From positions 25,056 through 89,055 of the forward strand of contig CAZYNM010000002.1 in the NCBI GenBank assembly GCA_964648715.1: a DNA stretch of 64,000 nucleotides. Direction: 5' to 3'. Shown here piece by piece: positions 19,698-28,507 of this stretch. Made by a program: the position numbers and the translations under genes. Source of the stretch: an uncultured Pseudomonadales bacterium. Lineage in GTDB: Bacteria > Patescibacteriota > Microgenomatia > UBA1400 > PJMF01. A model generated the notes under the pieces. The model saw only the letters and a program-made list of their open reading frames with translations. It was not told the origin of the DNA and made no database searches. Every line of letters begins with the position of its first letter. Position 1 is the stretch's first letter.

Positions 19698-20342
19698 TTA
19701 AGATGGTGTTACTTGTGTTAGGTCGAACTGAACTCCAAAAGTGAGACTGTCACTTTGAATTTCATTGCCATATGAAGAAGGATCGTTGGCCCAGTTCATC
19801 TTAACTTTAACTTGGCCGCCAGCTGGAATTGTGACTGTACCTGCATTTGTGCCCCATTGTGTGGCGTATTGAGGTTGGTTGGCAGTTGCTAGATTTGCTG
19901 AGACGACTGTTTGATATGTCTCACTAGATCCAGCACCATCTTTATCAAGTTGCACAGTTGTTGCTACTGCGTTACCAAGTTCTCCCTCGCCATTGCCGGG
20001 GGTACTGCACGTTGTATCAACAATAGCTTCTGGCTCATTGCAGCCATTTTCTGTATTGGTAAGAGAGTTAAGTCTGAAGGTTAAAGTTCCTGGCACGGTT
20101 CCAGAATTTCGAATAACCCACTCTTTTTCTCCAGAAACTGTTCCATCAACACCAATGTTATTAACTGCAATAGTGTCAAAAGCCGTTCCGTTGTTACCAT
20201 CAACAGTCATATCTAATGTACCAGCAGTAAGTGCGTTTGTCCCTGAAGTTTCTGTATCACTGAACAGAGCTTGCGTGAGCGCATAGCCACCTCCAATAAG
20301 TGATGCAGTTACCAGAAGAAAGAGCAGAATTTTTTTCTTCAT
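19698..20342 (-). CDS. TasA/CalY-like protein with SipW-type signal peptide, probable major subunit
   Basis: MKKK-hydrophobic-TQA|LFSDTETSGTNALTAGTLD; NSGTVPG; NEIQSDSL.F.V.F.L.Q; SD-like AAGGA upstream. Confidence 0.8.
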   Translation of the reverse strand: MKKKILLFLLVTASLIGGGYALTQALFSDTETSGTNALTAGTLDMTVDGNNGTAFDTIAVNNIGVDGTVSGEKEWVIRNSGTVPGTLTFRLNSLTNTENGCNEPEAIVDTTCSTPGNGEGELGNAVATTVQLDKDGAGSSETYQTVVSANLATANQPQYATQWGTNAGTVTIPAGGQVKVKMNWANDPSSYGNEIQSDSLTFGVQFDLTQVTPS

Positions 20343-20552
20343 ATTTCCTTTTATATTTTTGTACTAGTACGCTTTCCTATACTTTTATTTTTACTGCTTT
20401 ATATCTGTGTATCGCATGTTTCTTTGATGCATACATGATGCACATTGGTATTTGGCTTTGTTATGCATAAAATGGAATTGTCTGTCTATTTTTGATGTTT
20501 ATTACACTGATTGATAATAAAAAATATATGACAATAACACTGCAACTCATCT

Positions 20553-20581
20553 AGCATACGTACTATGAGTGACAGCGTCAA
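20553..20581 (-). promoter_or_regulatory. Sigma70-type promoter for the TasA/SipW operon
   Basis: Minus strand TTGACG-17 nt-TATGCT, about 200 nt upstream of ATG 20342. Confidence 0.6.
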
Positions 20582-20611
20582 CTGAATACAAAATGATCAA
20601 AGATACACAAT

Positions 20612-21691
20612 CTATTCTTGGGATGATGAATCACGTTTTTTTCTCCAGAAGAGAAAAAAGAAAAGCCACAATAGTGCAACAAAACAAAAAACAGCATAAA
20701 GCAATATAATTGATCTCTTTGCACTAGATGCATTCCTGTACTCTTGCTTTATTGGTTGAGGTACCGTAGTGGTAGCGCCTAAAACAATACCACTTTGGGT
20801 AGCTGGTGTTGCTGAGGGGAGTGATTGATGATGTTCTGCTTTTTCTTTAGCAAGAACAGTGAGAAGTACGGGTTCGCTCATGCCACACCTATTACTTGAG
20901 CGTATGTCCACTCTATGTGTCTCTGTAGTAGAGAGTCCCGCTACATCCCAGTGAGAAGCGTGTTCAACCTGAATGTTGTCAAACTGCTTATTTGTCTCTA
21001 GCGCATGGATGGTAATGTGATAAGTAACAGCAGGCTGCGTTGTCCAACTTATACGGAGTTTTTTCTCTTTCCACACAGCTGTAACATCTGTGGGTGAGAT
21101 TGGAATAACGCAGTGCGGGGGGGGACTTGCAGTTGGCACTGGGGAGGAAGTTGGCAGTGCTGTAGGTGGAAGGGGAGCGTGAAAATCTGGACCACACATT
21201 GTATGAAAGGTAAAGAAAAACGATGTTGTTTTGTTTTGATATGTGTTATCTGCATTTTGTGGAAATAGTATTTGCCACGTTGTGTGTGCGACTGCGTTGG
21301 GATTAACAATAAGGAGTGTTGTAGGGGTTGAGCGAGAAAATAACGTTGCTAGAAGTACTGGGGTAACTAATTGTTGTGGATATGCAGCTTGGTAAAGTGA
21401 CAGCTGTAGAACAGTGGCGAGCTCCTGCGAGGTTCCCTCTGTGGGGTGTGTCTGGAATGAAACTGAACAGCCATATCGTGGATGGGTATTGTGAAACACG
21501 ACTTCTTTAGAAAGAATGGTCCCCGGAACAAAGCTTGTTTGTGAAAACAGTACTGGTTGCTCTGGAACAGTTTTGCAATCTGATTCACCATCACACACAA
21601 TCTTGACCTCTTCAGCATCCGCGAGCGTTTCCTCAGGAATGCTAAGAAAAAGTATAGAAAAAAGTAACAAAAGAAGAAGGGTTTTTTTCAC
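20612..21691 (-). CDS. Secreted protein with TasA-like N-domain, fibronectin-III domain and C-terminal TM anchor
   Basis: Signal peptide; LF....FVPG....K.V...N...ADNTYQ.KT.SF.F; Pro/Thr linker; FN3-like P.DV...ISW...Y.I...GL...G.SE; VLGA; TM followed by RKKR. Confidence 0.6.
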   Translation of the reverse strand: MKKTLLLLLLFSILFLSIPEETLADAEEVKIVCDGESDCKTVPEQPVLFSQTSFVPGTILSKEVVFHNTHPRYGCSVSFQTHPTEGTSQELATVLQLSLYQAAYPQQLVTPVLLATLFSRSTPTTLLIVNPNAVAHTTWQILFPQNADNTYQNKTTSFFFTFHTMCGPDFHAPLPPTALPTSSPVPTASPPPHCVIPISPTDVTAVWKEKKLRISWTTQPAVTYHITIHALETNKQFDNIQVEHASHWDVAGLSTTETHRVDIRSSNRCGMSEPVLLTVLAKEKAEHHQSLPSATPATQSGIVLGATTTVPQPIKQEYRNASSAKRSIILLYAVFCFVALLWLFFFLFWRKKRDSSSQE

Positions 21692-21700
21692 AAAGTACAG

Positions 21701-23443
21701 TTATACACCCTTTAAGTACTTTGCTGCCCATGGTCGATACTTGGACACGTAGATATCCTCTCTGATAACAGAACCGTTTTTGTCCTTTATCACGTTCTTA
21801 AAACTGGCATCAATTCCTGGTGCAGCCCAATCAACTTGTACAATCTTTCCTGGTGGTAGTGTTGGGTCTGGAATATACTGTGGTGGGAGAGCAGGACGTG
21901 CATTCCACGTTTTATGATCTACAATTTCTGTAGTCCTACCATCTGAGGTTCCATAGAGTTCCACGTACATAGCAAGTTTCTTACTATCTGCCTGTGCATA
22001 GACTAAAATATGGTGATCAGTATCATTGATAAATCTAAAATCAGTTTCACCAGAATAGACAGTCGCGTCAACTCCTGGCTTTCTATCAAGTTCGTAGTAA
22101 CTTACACGATAGCTGTGTGGCAATCTTCGAGTAACATGTAAACCAGCATTTAAAACGGATCGAAAGAGCGTTGTGCTTACTTGACATACCCCACCACCGT
22201 CACCAAGTGTTGTTTGCCCATTCTTAATAACATAGGCAGATTTATATCCAGTTTGTGCAGAAACATCGCCTACTGTTTTATTAAAAGAGAACTCCTCACC
22301 AGGCTTAACTATATGGAGGCTGATACGTTCTGTAGTAAGGGCAACGTTATGAACTCTATTGGGTATGGAGTGGGCATAGTAACTTTCGCCAAAACCAATG
22401 CGTTCTGCAATTCCAAGGTCATTAGTTTCAGCAAGTCCTTTGGTGGGGGGAGTAAATACAAGCTTGAGATCAAGTACAGTTTCCTTAGCTGTTAGGGGTG
22501 TTAGTGAATGTATGTATGTCATCAATGCTTCTTGTAAAGCTAAAAGTGATAGCTTTCGTCCATCACGAGGTGGTGTGAACGAAGTGACCACCAATGTCTG
22601 GGGATTATAGGTAAACTCTGCTTCTATCGGATCTGTCTCTACTTGCTTTTGCCAAAGGGCGATTTCTTTTTCAAAAGCAGCAGGAATGATCTGTGCATCT
22701 GGGTCTACCAATGAAATGAGTGTTTGATCAGTAAGCGTATGTGAAAACCGTTCAGCTTTCAAAATAATGCTTTTACCTACAAGGCGTGTATACATTTCTT
22801 TTGCTGCTTGTAGTTGTAACTCTGTCAGTACTTTCCCAGTAGGTTCAAGGACTGGAGTAATACGGGCAGATTTCCCTTCATGTAATGAAATGAGTGTGTT
22901 GAGTGTTTTATCCTCCTGCAGCTCAGCGCCTTGTGTACCTGCATCAATGATAAGACTTTGGAGAGAGCCAGAGGTTTTGAGGACTGCTTTGGGAAGTGTG
23001 GGCATTCGATCAACTTGTTTTTTAAAAACACTTACAAATTCTCGACTGCGTTCTTCATTATAAATAGTCTTTACTGGTAGATCATGCTCTTGAAAGAAAA
23101 ATTGATAACTCTGCCAGATTTTCTGTAGACTCAATGGTGCCTGATGTATCGCTTCAAACTGGTCAATAATTTCATTGGTTGTGTAACGAGCCCCCAGTTC
23201 TGCAGAACTCGAAGCAAGTGTGGCGTCTTCATAGGAAAGAGTCAATACATGTGGCGGTACTTCTGAAAAGTGAGTGCTCAATAGGATTTGCGCAGCGCTT
23301 GGTGAAAGGAGCCCAATATTGACTCCACCAACCAATGTTCGAATAGGAAGATGTGTGCTTGTAATCTGGTAGCCAAGTACTCCAGCAATGAGTGCCAGCA
23401 TAGTTGCTTTAATAGGCAGTGGTACTTGAGGGAAATGTCGCAT
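21701..23443 (-). CDS. VanW-family protein with peptidoglycan-binding repeats
   Basis: R.HNV, PGEEFSFN..VG, GY..A.VI.NG, GGGVCQVSTTLFR, R.PHS..V.YY, G.DATV, DFRF.NDT. Confidence 0.88.
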   Translation of the reverse strand: MRHFPQVPLPIKATMLALIAGVLGYQITSTHLPIRTLVGGVNIGLLSPSAAQILLSTHFSEVPPHVLTLSYEDATLASSSAELGARYTTNEIIDQFEAIHQAPLSLQKIWQSYQFFFQEHDLPVKTIYNEERSREFVSVFKKQVDRMPTLPKAVLKTSGSLQSLIIDAGTQGAELQEDKTLNTLISLHEGKSARITPVLEPTGKVLTELQLQAAKEMYTRLVGKSIILKAERFSHTLTDQTLISLVDPDAQIIPAAFEKEIALWQKQVETDPIEAEFTYNPQTLVVTSFTPPRDGRKLSLLALQEALMTYIHSLTPLTAKETVLDLKLVFTPPTKGLAETNDLGIAERIGFGESYYAHSIPNRVHNVALTTERISLHIVKPGEEFSFNKTVGDVSAQTGYKSAYVIKNGQTTLGDGGGVCQVSTTLFRSVLNAGLHVTRRLPHSYRVSYYELDRKPGVDATVYSGETDFRFINDTDHHILVYAQADSKKLAMYVELYGTSDGRTTEIVDHKTWNARPALPPQYIPDPTLPPGKIVQVDWAAPGIDASFKNVIKDKNGSVIREDIYVSKYRPWAAKYLKGV

Positions 23444-23559
23444 AAGTACTAGGGGCTTTTACCGTCAATATATGGTATGATGTACATGTGTTTTTGTTAT
23501 AGAAAGACACCTTATATTTTGTCAGAATACCACGTATCATACCAGCAGTAACTTGTTCT

Positions 23560-25755
23560 ATGCCAAACTTACCTCTGCCAAAGCCCGCTGCTCCTACTAC
23601 ACTAAAACCAGTGACTTCTACTGCGCCTGCAGCTCAGACACCTCCAGTAGTTACACCAAAGCCACTTGTAGTTCCCGTTGCTGCGAATACTCAGATTCAA
23701 CAGCCCTCAGCACCGCCCCTTGTGTCTGGTCAACCTATCTCAACTCCGCAGCTTGTGCCAAAACAACCTGTGTCACCCAATAGTTCACCACGTTCACAAG
23801 TAGCTTCTGCAGCTTCTCGTATACCACAGGCCCCACCAACAACTCCTCTGGTCGCCAAGCAATCAGTTCAGCCTGTTCAGACCCCCTTGGTAGCAACGTC
23901 AAAAGCGAGTGCTCCAGCAGCTATGCCAGCGCCACAGAAAGCTCCTCAGAATCCAGCCATCTCTACCACCGTTCCTGTGAGCGCAGTACCTGCAAACAAG
24001 ACCTCCATTACTTCGTCTGTACCTGCTCAATCAGCAAGTGCTGCTCCTACGCCAGTTCCTAAACCTCCTCAGATGCTAACTTCAATGGGTACACAACTTG
24101 TGCAAAAAACAGCGCCTGTAGCCCAACCAGTACGTGTGCAGCAGCCACCTCAAACGCTTACAGCACTTTCTTCGATGGCAAGTAACAAATTGCCCACAGG
24201 TGCTTTGAAGACCACGCCAGAAGTTCAAGCGGATGCAGCTCCCGATGCAGCAAAAAAAGCAGCTGCCCAACCAACAGCACCCAATGAGCCCACTCTTGGA
24301 CCTCAGAAGCCACAGCCGGAGTTTGTCCAGCCCAGGCAATCTGTTTTCCGATTTCTGCCCTTTATTGCTGGCGGTATTCTCCTGCTTCTGATTGTGGCAT
24401 TCGTATTTCTGCGTTTCTTTGGAAGTTCACGAACATCAGTGACAAGCGCCCCAACTCAATCAGGAGGAACGAGTACTTCTGGAACAACCAACTCTGGCAG
24501 TGGCACTTCTTCAGGAACTAATTCTAATTCAACAACACCAGCAAACACTTCAACTGGTAAACAAGTAACACTTGAGTACTGGGGCTTGTGGGAACCAACG
24601 GAAGCGATGACAGAGGTTATTAAGGGTTTCGAGTCGCAAAATTCTGGTATTACTATTAAGTATGTTAAACAGTCTCACAAAGATTATAGAACACGTTTGC
24701 AATCGGCAATTAATTCGGGGAATGGACCAGATATTTATCGGTTCCATGCCTCTTGGGTGCCAATGCTCAAACAAGAACTCTCCCCGTTACCATCAGCGAT
24801 AATGTCTGCCTCAGAATATCAATCTACCTACTATCCCGTTGCAGTGCAACAGTTACAAAATAATGGTCAGCTAGTTGGTATTCCTCTCATGTATGATGGG
24901 CTTGTGTTGTACTACAACACAGATATTTTCAAAACTGCAGTTGTTGATCCTCCCAAAACCTGGCCAGACTTAAGGACACTTGCGAGTAAATTAACAGTCA
25001 AAGCAGATGGGAAGCTCACCCGAAGCGGTATTGCCTTGGGAAATGCTGTTAACGTTGAGCATTTTGCGGATATACTTGCGGTACTTATCTTGCAGAATGG
25101 TGGTGATTTAACAAAACCTAATTCTGCAGAGGTGCGCGATGCGTTATTGTTCTACACCAATTTTATTAAAACTGATGCAGTTTGGAATGATACATTACCC
25201 AGCTCAACCGTTGCTTTTGCACGAGGTGAGGCCGCGATGATGTTTGCACCATCTTGGAGAGCTCACGAGGTCAAAGCTATTAATCCCAATTTGCAGTTTG
25301 CCACCGTACCTCTTCCTCAGCTTTCTGATAAGCGTATCGCTTGGGGAAGCTACTGGGCGGAAGGTGTCAGTGCTAAAAGTGGTAACAAAGATGAAGCTTG
25401 GAAGTTCATTAAGTATTTAAGCTCCAAAGAGGCACAGCAAAAAATGTTTGCAGAGCAAGCAAAGACACGCAGCTTCGGTGAGCTGTATGCGCGCAAAGAC
25501 CTTGCAGACACATTAGCCAAGGATCCGGTAGTAGCTAGTGTCTTACAGGATGCTGGATACGCACAAGGTTGGCACATGAGTACATTTACTCATGATAATG
25601 GTATCAACGATCAAATAATTCAATACTACAAAGATGCTGTAACTGGTTTACTTGAAGGTAAATCCATAGATGAGGTGTTAGTAACATTAGATACAGGTGT
25701 ATCTCAGGTACTTCGTCAATATGGTGTGACGCAAGGCACTGGACAGGCACGATAA
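23560..25755 (+). CDS. Extracellular solute-binding protein (sugar ABC family 1) with long Pro/Ala-rich N-terminal tail
   Basis: TM at about aa 265-287; GPDI, YGIP-like GIPL..D.L.LYYN.DIF, PPKTW, F..G.AAM, AWKFIKYL. Confidence 0.8.
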   Translation: MPNLPLPKPAAPTTLKPVTSTAPAAQTPPVVTPKPLVVPVAANTQIQQPSAPPLVSGQPISTPQLVPKQPVSPNSSPRSQVASAASRIPQAPPTTPLVAKQSVQPVQTPLVATSKASAPAAMPAPQKAPQNPAISTTVPVSAVPANKTSITSSVPAQSASAAPTPVPKPPQMLTSMGTQLVQKTAPVAQPVRVQQPPQTLTALSSMASNKLPTGALKTTPEVQADAAPDAAKKAAAQPTAPNEPTLGPQKPQPEFVQPRQSVFRFLPFIAGGILLLLIVAFVFLRFFGSSRTSVTSAPTQSGGTSTSGTTNSGSGTSSGTNSNSTTPANTSTGKQVTLEYWGLWEPTEAMTEVIKGFESQNSGITIKYVKQSHKDYRTRLQSAINSGNGPDIYRFHASWVPMLKQELSPLPSAIMSASEYQSTYYPVAVQQLQNNGQLVGIPLMYDGLVLYYNTDIFKTAVVDPPKTWPDLRTLASKLTVKADGKLTRSGIALGNAVNVEHFADILAVLILQNGGDLTKPNSAEVRDALLFYTNFIKTDAVWNDTLPSSTVAFARGEAAMMFAPSWRAHEVKAINPNLQFATVPLPQLSDKRIAWGSYWAEGVSAKSGNKDEAWKFIKYLSSKEAQQKMFAEQAKTRSFGELYARKDLADTLAKDPVVASVLQDAGYAQGWHMSTFTHDNGINDQIIQYYKDAVTGLLEGKSIDEVLVTLDTGVSQVLRQYGVTQGTGQAR

Positions 25756-25766
25756 AATAGAGTGGC

Positions 25767-26684
25767 ATGAAAGTATCCGCCCTTAAGCGTGCTGTATTGA
25801 TAACGCTTGGCTACACACATCATTTTTCTTTTCCTTTAACAGCTCGTGAGTTGTTTGTGCGCCTCATTCTGCCTCATGAAAAGGAAAAGATAACGCCCAC
25901 ATTGTTTGCAGCTGCACTCTACGCATTACGAATTGAAGGGCACATTATCCAAAGTGGAGAGTATTTCTCACTCTCGCGCATGTTGGCGAATCAGGCTGAA
26001 GAGATACGAACCAGAAGAAAAAAAGAGTCAGAGCGCAAAATACGAGAACTCATGCCCTTACTTGAATGGATGACCATCCTCCCCTGGGTAGTTGCAGTAG
26101 GAGTAACTGGCTCTGTCGCCGTGGGAAGTGCTGAAGAAGCTGATGATACTGATATCTTCATAGTAGTTGAACCAGGAAGTTTGTGGCTGACTCGCCCGTT
26201 ACTTGTTGGTTTATCACTTTGGTATAAGAAAAGACGAACCTGGCATTCAGAGGAACCACGTAGCTGGTGTTTAAATCTCTGGCTTGAGAGCAGTCATCTT
26301 GCATTGCCTCCCAGCCGTTGGAGTGTCTACAGTGCATACGAAGTATGTCAGATTAAATGGCTCATAGATAAAAACGGGATTTGCAAATCATTTTTGACAA
26401 AAAATAGATGGGTAAGCTACTATCTTCCGCAGTATTTTGCAGTATGTATGCTACAGTGCAGTGCACATCAAAGAAATAGAATCACCACGATTCTTCTGTA
26501 CTTCTTAAGAGTATGGACGATACCACTGAACGCTTTAGCATTTATTGCTCAGTGGTGGTATATGCTGCCACACATGACAAGAGAGAAGGTCTCATACAAT
26601 ACAGCATTTTTTCATCCTCGTAATACGGGATATTTATTGACAGAAAGATGGCGAGACAGCTTACAAAAGTACATCAGCATCTAG
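25767..26684 (+). CDS. Putative nucleotidyltransferase-fold protein
   Basis: VGVTGSVA......DDTDIFIV (pol-beta-like GS..DxD); N-terminal F.FPLT..E helical domain. Confidence 0.55.
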   Translation: MKVSALKRAVLITLGYTHHFSFPLTARELFVRLILPHEKEKITPTLFAAALYALRIEGHIIQSGEYFSLSRMLANQAEEIRTRRKKESERKIRELMPLLEWMTILPWVVAVGVTGSVAVGSAEEADDTDIFIVVEPGSLWLTRPLLVGLSLWYKKRRTWHSEEPRSWCLNLWLESSHLALPPSRWSVYSAYEVCQIKWLIDKNGICKSFLTKNRWVSYYLPQYFAVCMLQCSAHQRNRITTILLYFLRVWTIPLNALAFIAQWWYMLPHMTREKVSYNTAFFHPRNTGYLLTERWRDSLQKYISI

Positions 26685-28051
26685 CGCTGCTTCTCATAAG
26701 CAGCTGGCTATGTGTAGGCACTTTGGCGAGTGTCGCTGGTTTTGTGGGACTATACTCTTGGCCGCTTGTGTTTTTCCTTTTCCTGCCGGGAATTATTTTA
26801 ATTGTTCTCATATCCAAAGTGTTTGTGGTTATGCAAAGATGGGGAATAAGAGAACAATCTCTTGTGTACTTATTGGCTACAACATGGCTTATTCACTTGG
26901 TTAGTGTGTTTGTTCCTGAACACGGTTTTGATGCCGTCTGGTATCACTTGCCTCTTATACAAACTTATAGTGAGGCAAGCCGATTTGTTTTTTTGCCCCA
27001 GTTTTATCAGTCGGTAAACCCTCAGTTCTCAGATGCACTTTTAGGGTTGGGCTACTTTGTAGCACAAGATACTGGTGTGAAGATGGTTGCCTATGCACTC
27101 GCAGTAACTCTTGCAGCGCTAACCTACTTTTCAGCGCGGTTATGGATAGAACGCAGGTGGGCACTTCTCATTGCTTGTGTCGTTTCGCTCATGCAAGTGG
27201 TTGCTTGGCAAGCAAGTAGCGCGTATGTTGATGTCGCAAAAGCACTGTGGGAAGTTGGGGCCGTGATGGTTGCTTGGCAAGTTTCACAGATAAAAAGTAA
27301 CTTCAAGATACGTACTCTGCTCGTACTTCTCTATGGAGCATTATGTGGCGCTAGTTTAGCAACAAAGCTGTTTTCAGTTATCTTACTCCCTGTCTTCATC
27401 TATATGCTCTGGGAAATGAGGCCACATATTCGTGTTTTCCTTATGTCTATGATGCTGATGATAGCTTTTGCTGTTCCGTTTTGGGCATGGAGTTGGTACC
27501 ACACGGGTAATGCATTTGTGTCTGCGGGCATACACCTAGATAAACTCACCGAACTTACCGGTGCACACTCATGGTCAGCGTACATTCAAGAAAAAACTAT
27601 TTACAGCTGGGAGGCACCCTTTGTAGCTTCTTTTGGAATCCGTGATTACACCAATCCATGTATGTGGCTCTTTATTGCATACATCCTGTATATCATGGTA
27701 CGGCGTCGCATCATGCAGCAAGTTATCGGTAGTCTTTTATTTGCTTTTTTCCAGGTATGTATATGGTGGTATATACCACCATTATCAACTAGATATGCAC
27801 TTTCTGGCTTTATCATTATTCCATTGATTTTTTGTATACACTTTGTGCAAGATGCTAGGGTACAATGGCTTGAGCGTCTGTTGTATATGGGGATAGCAGC
27901 CTCGTGTGTGGCCTTGCTCGTGCCACGACTATTCGTCACCGCACGTGACTTGCAGTATCTCTTGGGCTACCAAACAAAAAAAAACTACATAGAACAATTC
28001 TATGATGGGAATGCTGACACACACTTACGATCTTGGCATCAGCTTCCCTAG
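26648..28051 (+). CDS. Multi-pass GT-C-like membrane glycosyltransferase
   Basis: About 12 TM helices; first-loop FDAVWYHLP, AYVD, ATK, W..TGN, RY motifs typical of GT-C/PMT-like enzymes. Confidence 0.55.
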   Translation: MARQLTKVHQHLALLLISSWLCVGTLASVAGFVGLYSWPLVFFLFLPGIILIVLISKVFVVMQRWGIREQSLVYLLATTWLIHLVSVFVPEHGFDAVWYHLPLIQTYSEASRFVFLPQFYQSVNPQFSDALLGLGYFVAQDTGVKMVAYALAVTLAALTYFSARLWIERRWALLIACVVSLMQVVAWQASSAYVDVAKALWEVGAVMVAWQVSQIKSNFKIRTLLVLLYGALCGASLATKLFSVILLPVFIYMLWEMRPHIRVFLMSMMLMIAFAVPFWAWSWYHTGNAFVSAGIHLDKLTELTGAHSWSAYIQEKTIYSWEAPFVASFGIRDYTNPCMWLFIAYILYIMVRRRIMQQVIGSLLFAFFQVCIWWYIPPLSTRYALSGFIIIPLIFCIHFVQDARVQWLERLLYMGIAASCVALLVPRLFVTARDLQYLLGYQTKKNYIEQFYDGNADTHLRSWHQLP

Positions 28052-28060
28052 AAAGCATAC

Positions 28061-28507
28061 ATGAAACGTCCATTAGTGCTGGTGACCGGAGTCTTTGATT
28101 TACTCCATGCAGAGCACATAGCCTTTTTGCAAAAAGCCAAAGCACTTGGTGGGTCTTTGTACGTTGGGGTAGAGTGTGATGCACGAGTAAAAAAAATAAA
28201 AGGTGAGGGGAGACCGGTTCAAACTGCTGAAACTCGTGTGCAGGCAATTGAAAATCTCAAAATAGCTGAGAAAGTTTTCGTGCTTCCCGAGCACTTTGAC
28301 TTGCCCGAGCAACACCGCCAATTGTTGATAAAAATACTTCCCGATATCCTTGCAATCTCCTCACATACAGCGCACCAACCTGAAAAACACAAACTAATGG
28401 AAGAGATTGGTGGAACTGTGGTGGTTGTCCATCCACACAATCCAGCCATATCAACAACGCAACTCCTAGCGAACAGCAACTATAAGGAGCATGCATGCCA
28501 AAGCTAA
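28061..28507 (+). CDS. Cytidylyl/adenylyltransferase (RfaE-II/TagD/RibL-like)
   Basis: TGVFDLLHAEH (HxGH variant), KG.GRP, PDIL, ISTT. Confidence 0.85.
   Translation: MKRPLVLVTGVFDLLHAEHIAFLQKAKALGGSLYVGVECDARVKKIKGEGRPVQTAETRVQAIENLKIAEKVFVLPEHFDLPEQHRQLLIKILPDILAISSHTAHQPEKHKLMEEIGGTVVVVHPHNPAISTTQLLANSNYKEHACQS

Noticed and set aside
20343-20546. c-di-GMP riboswitch in the TasA operon leader
   Set aside because: Only a CAAAGCC fragment matches. The GGCAAACC and GNRA-receptor architecture is absent.
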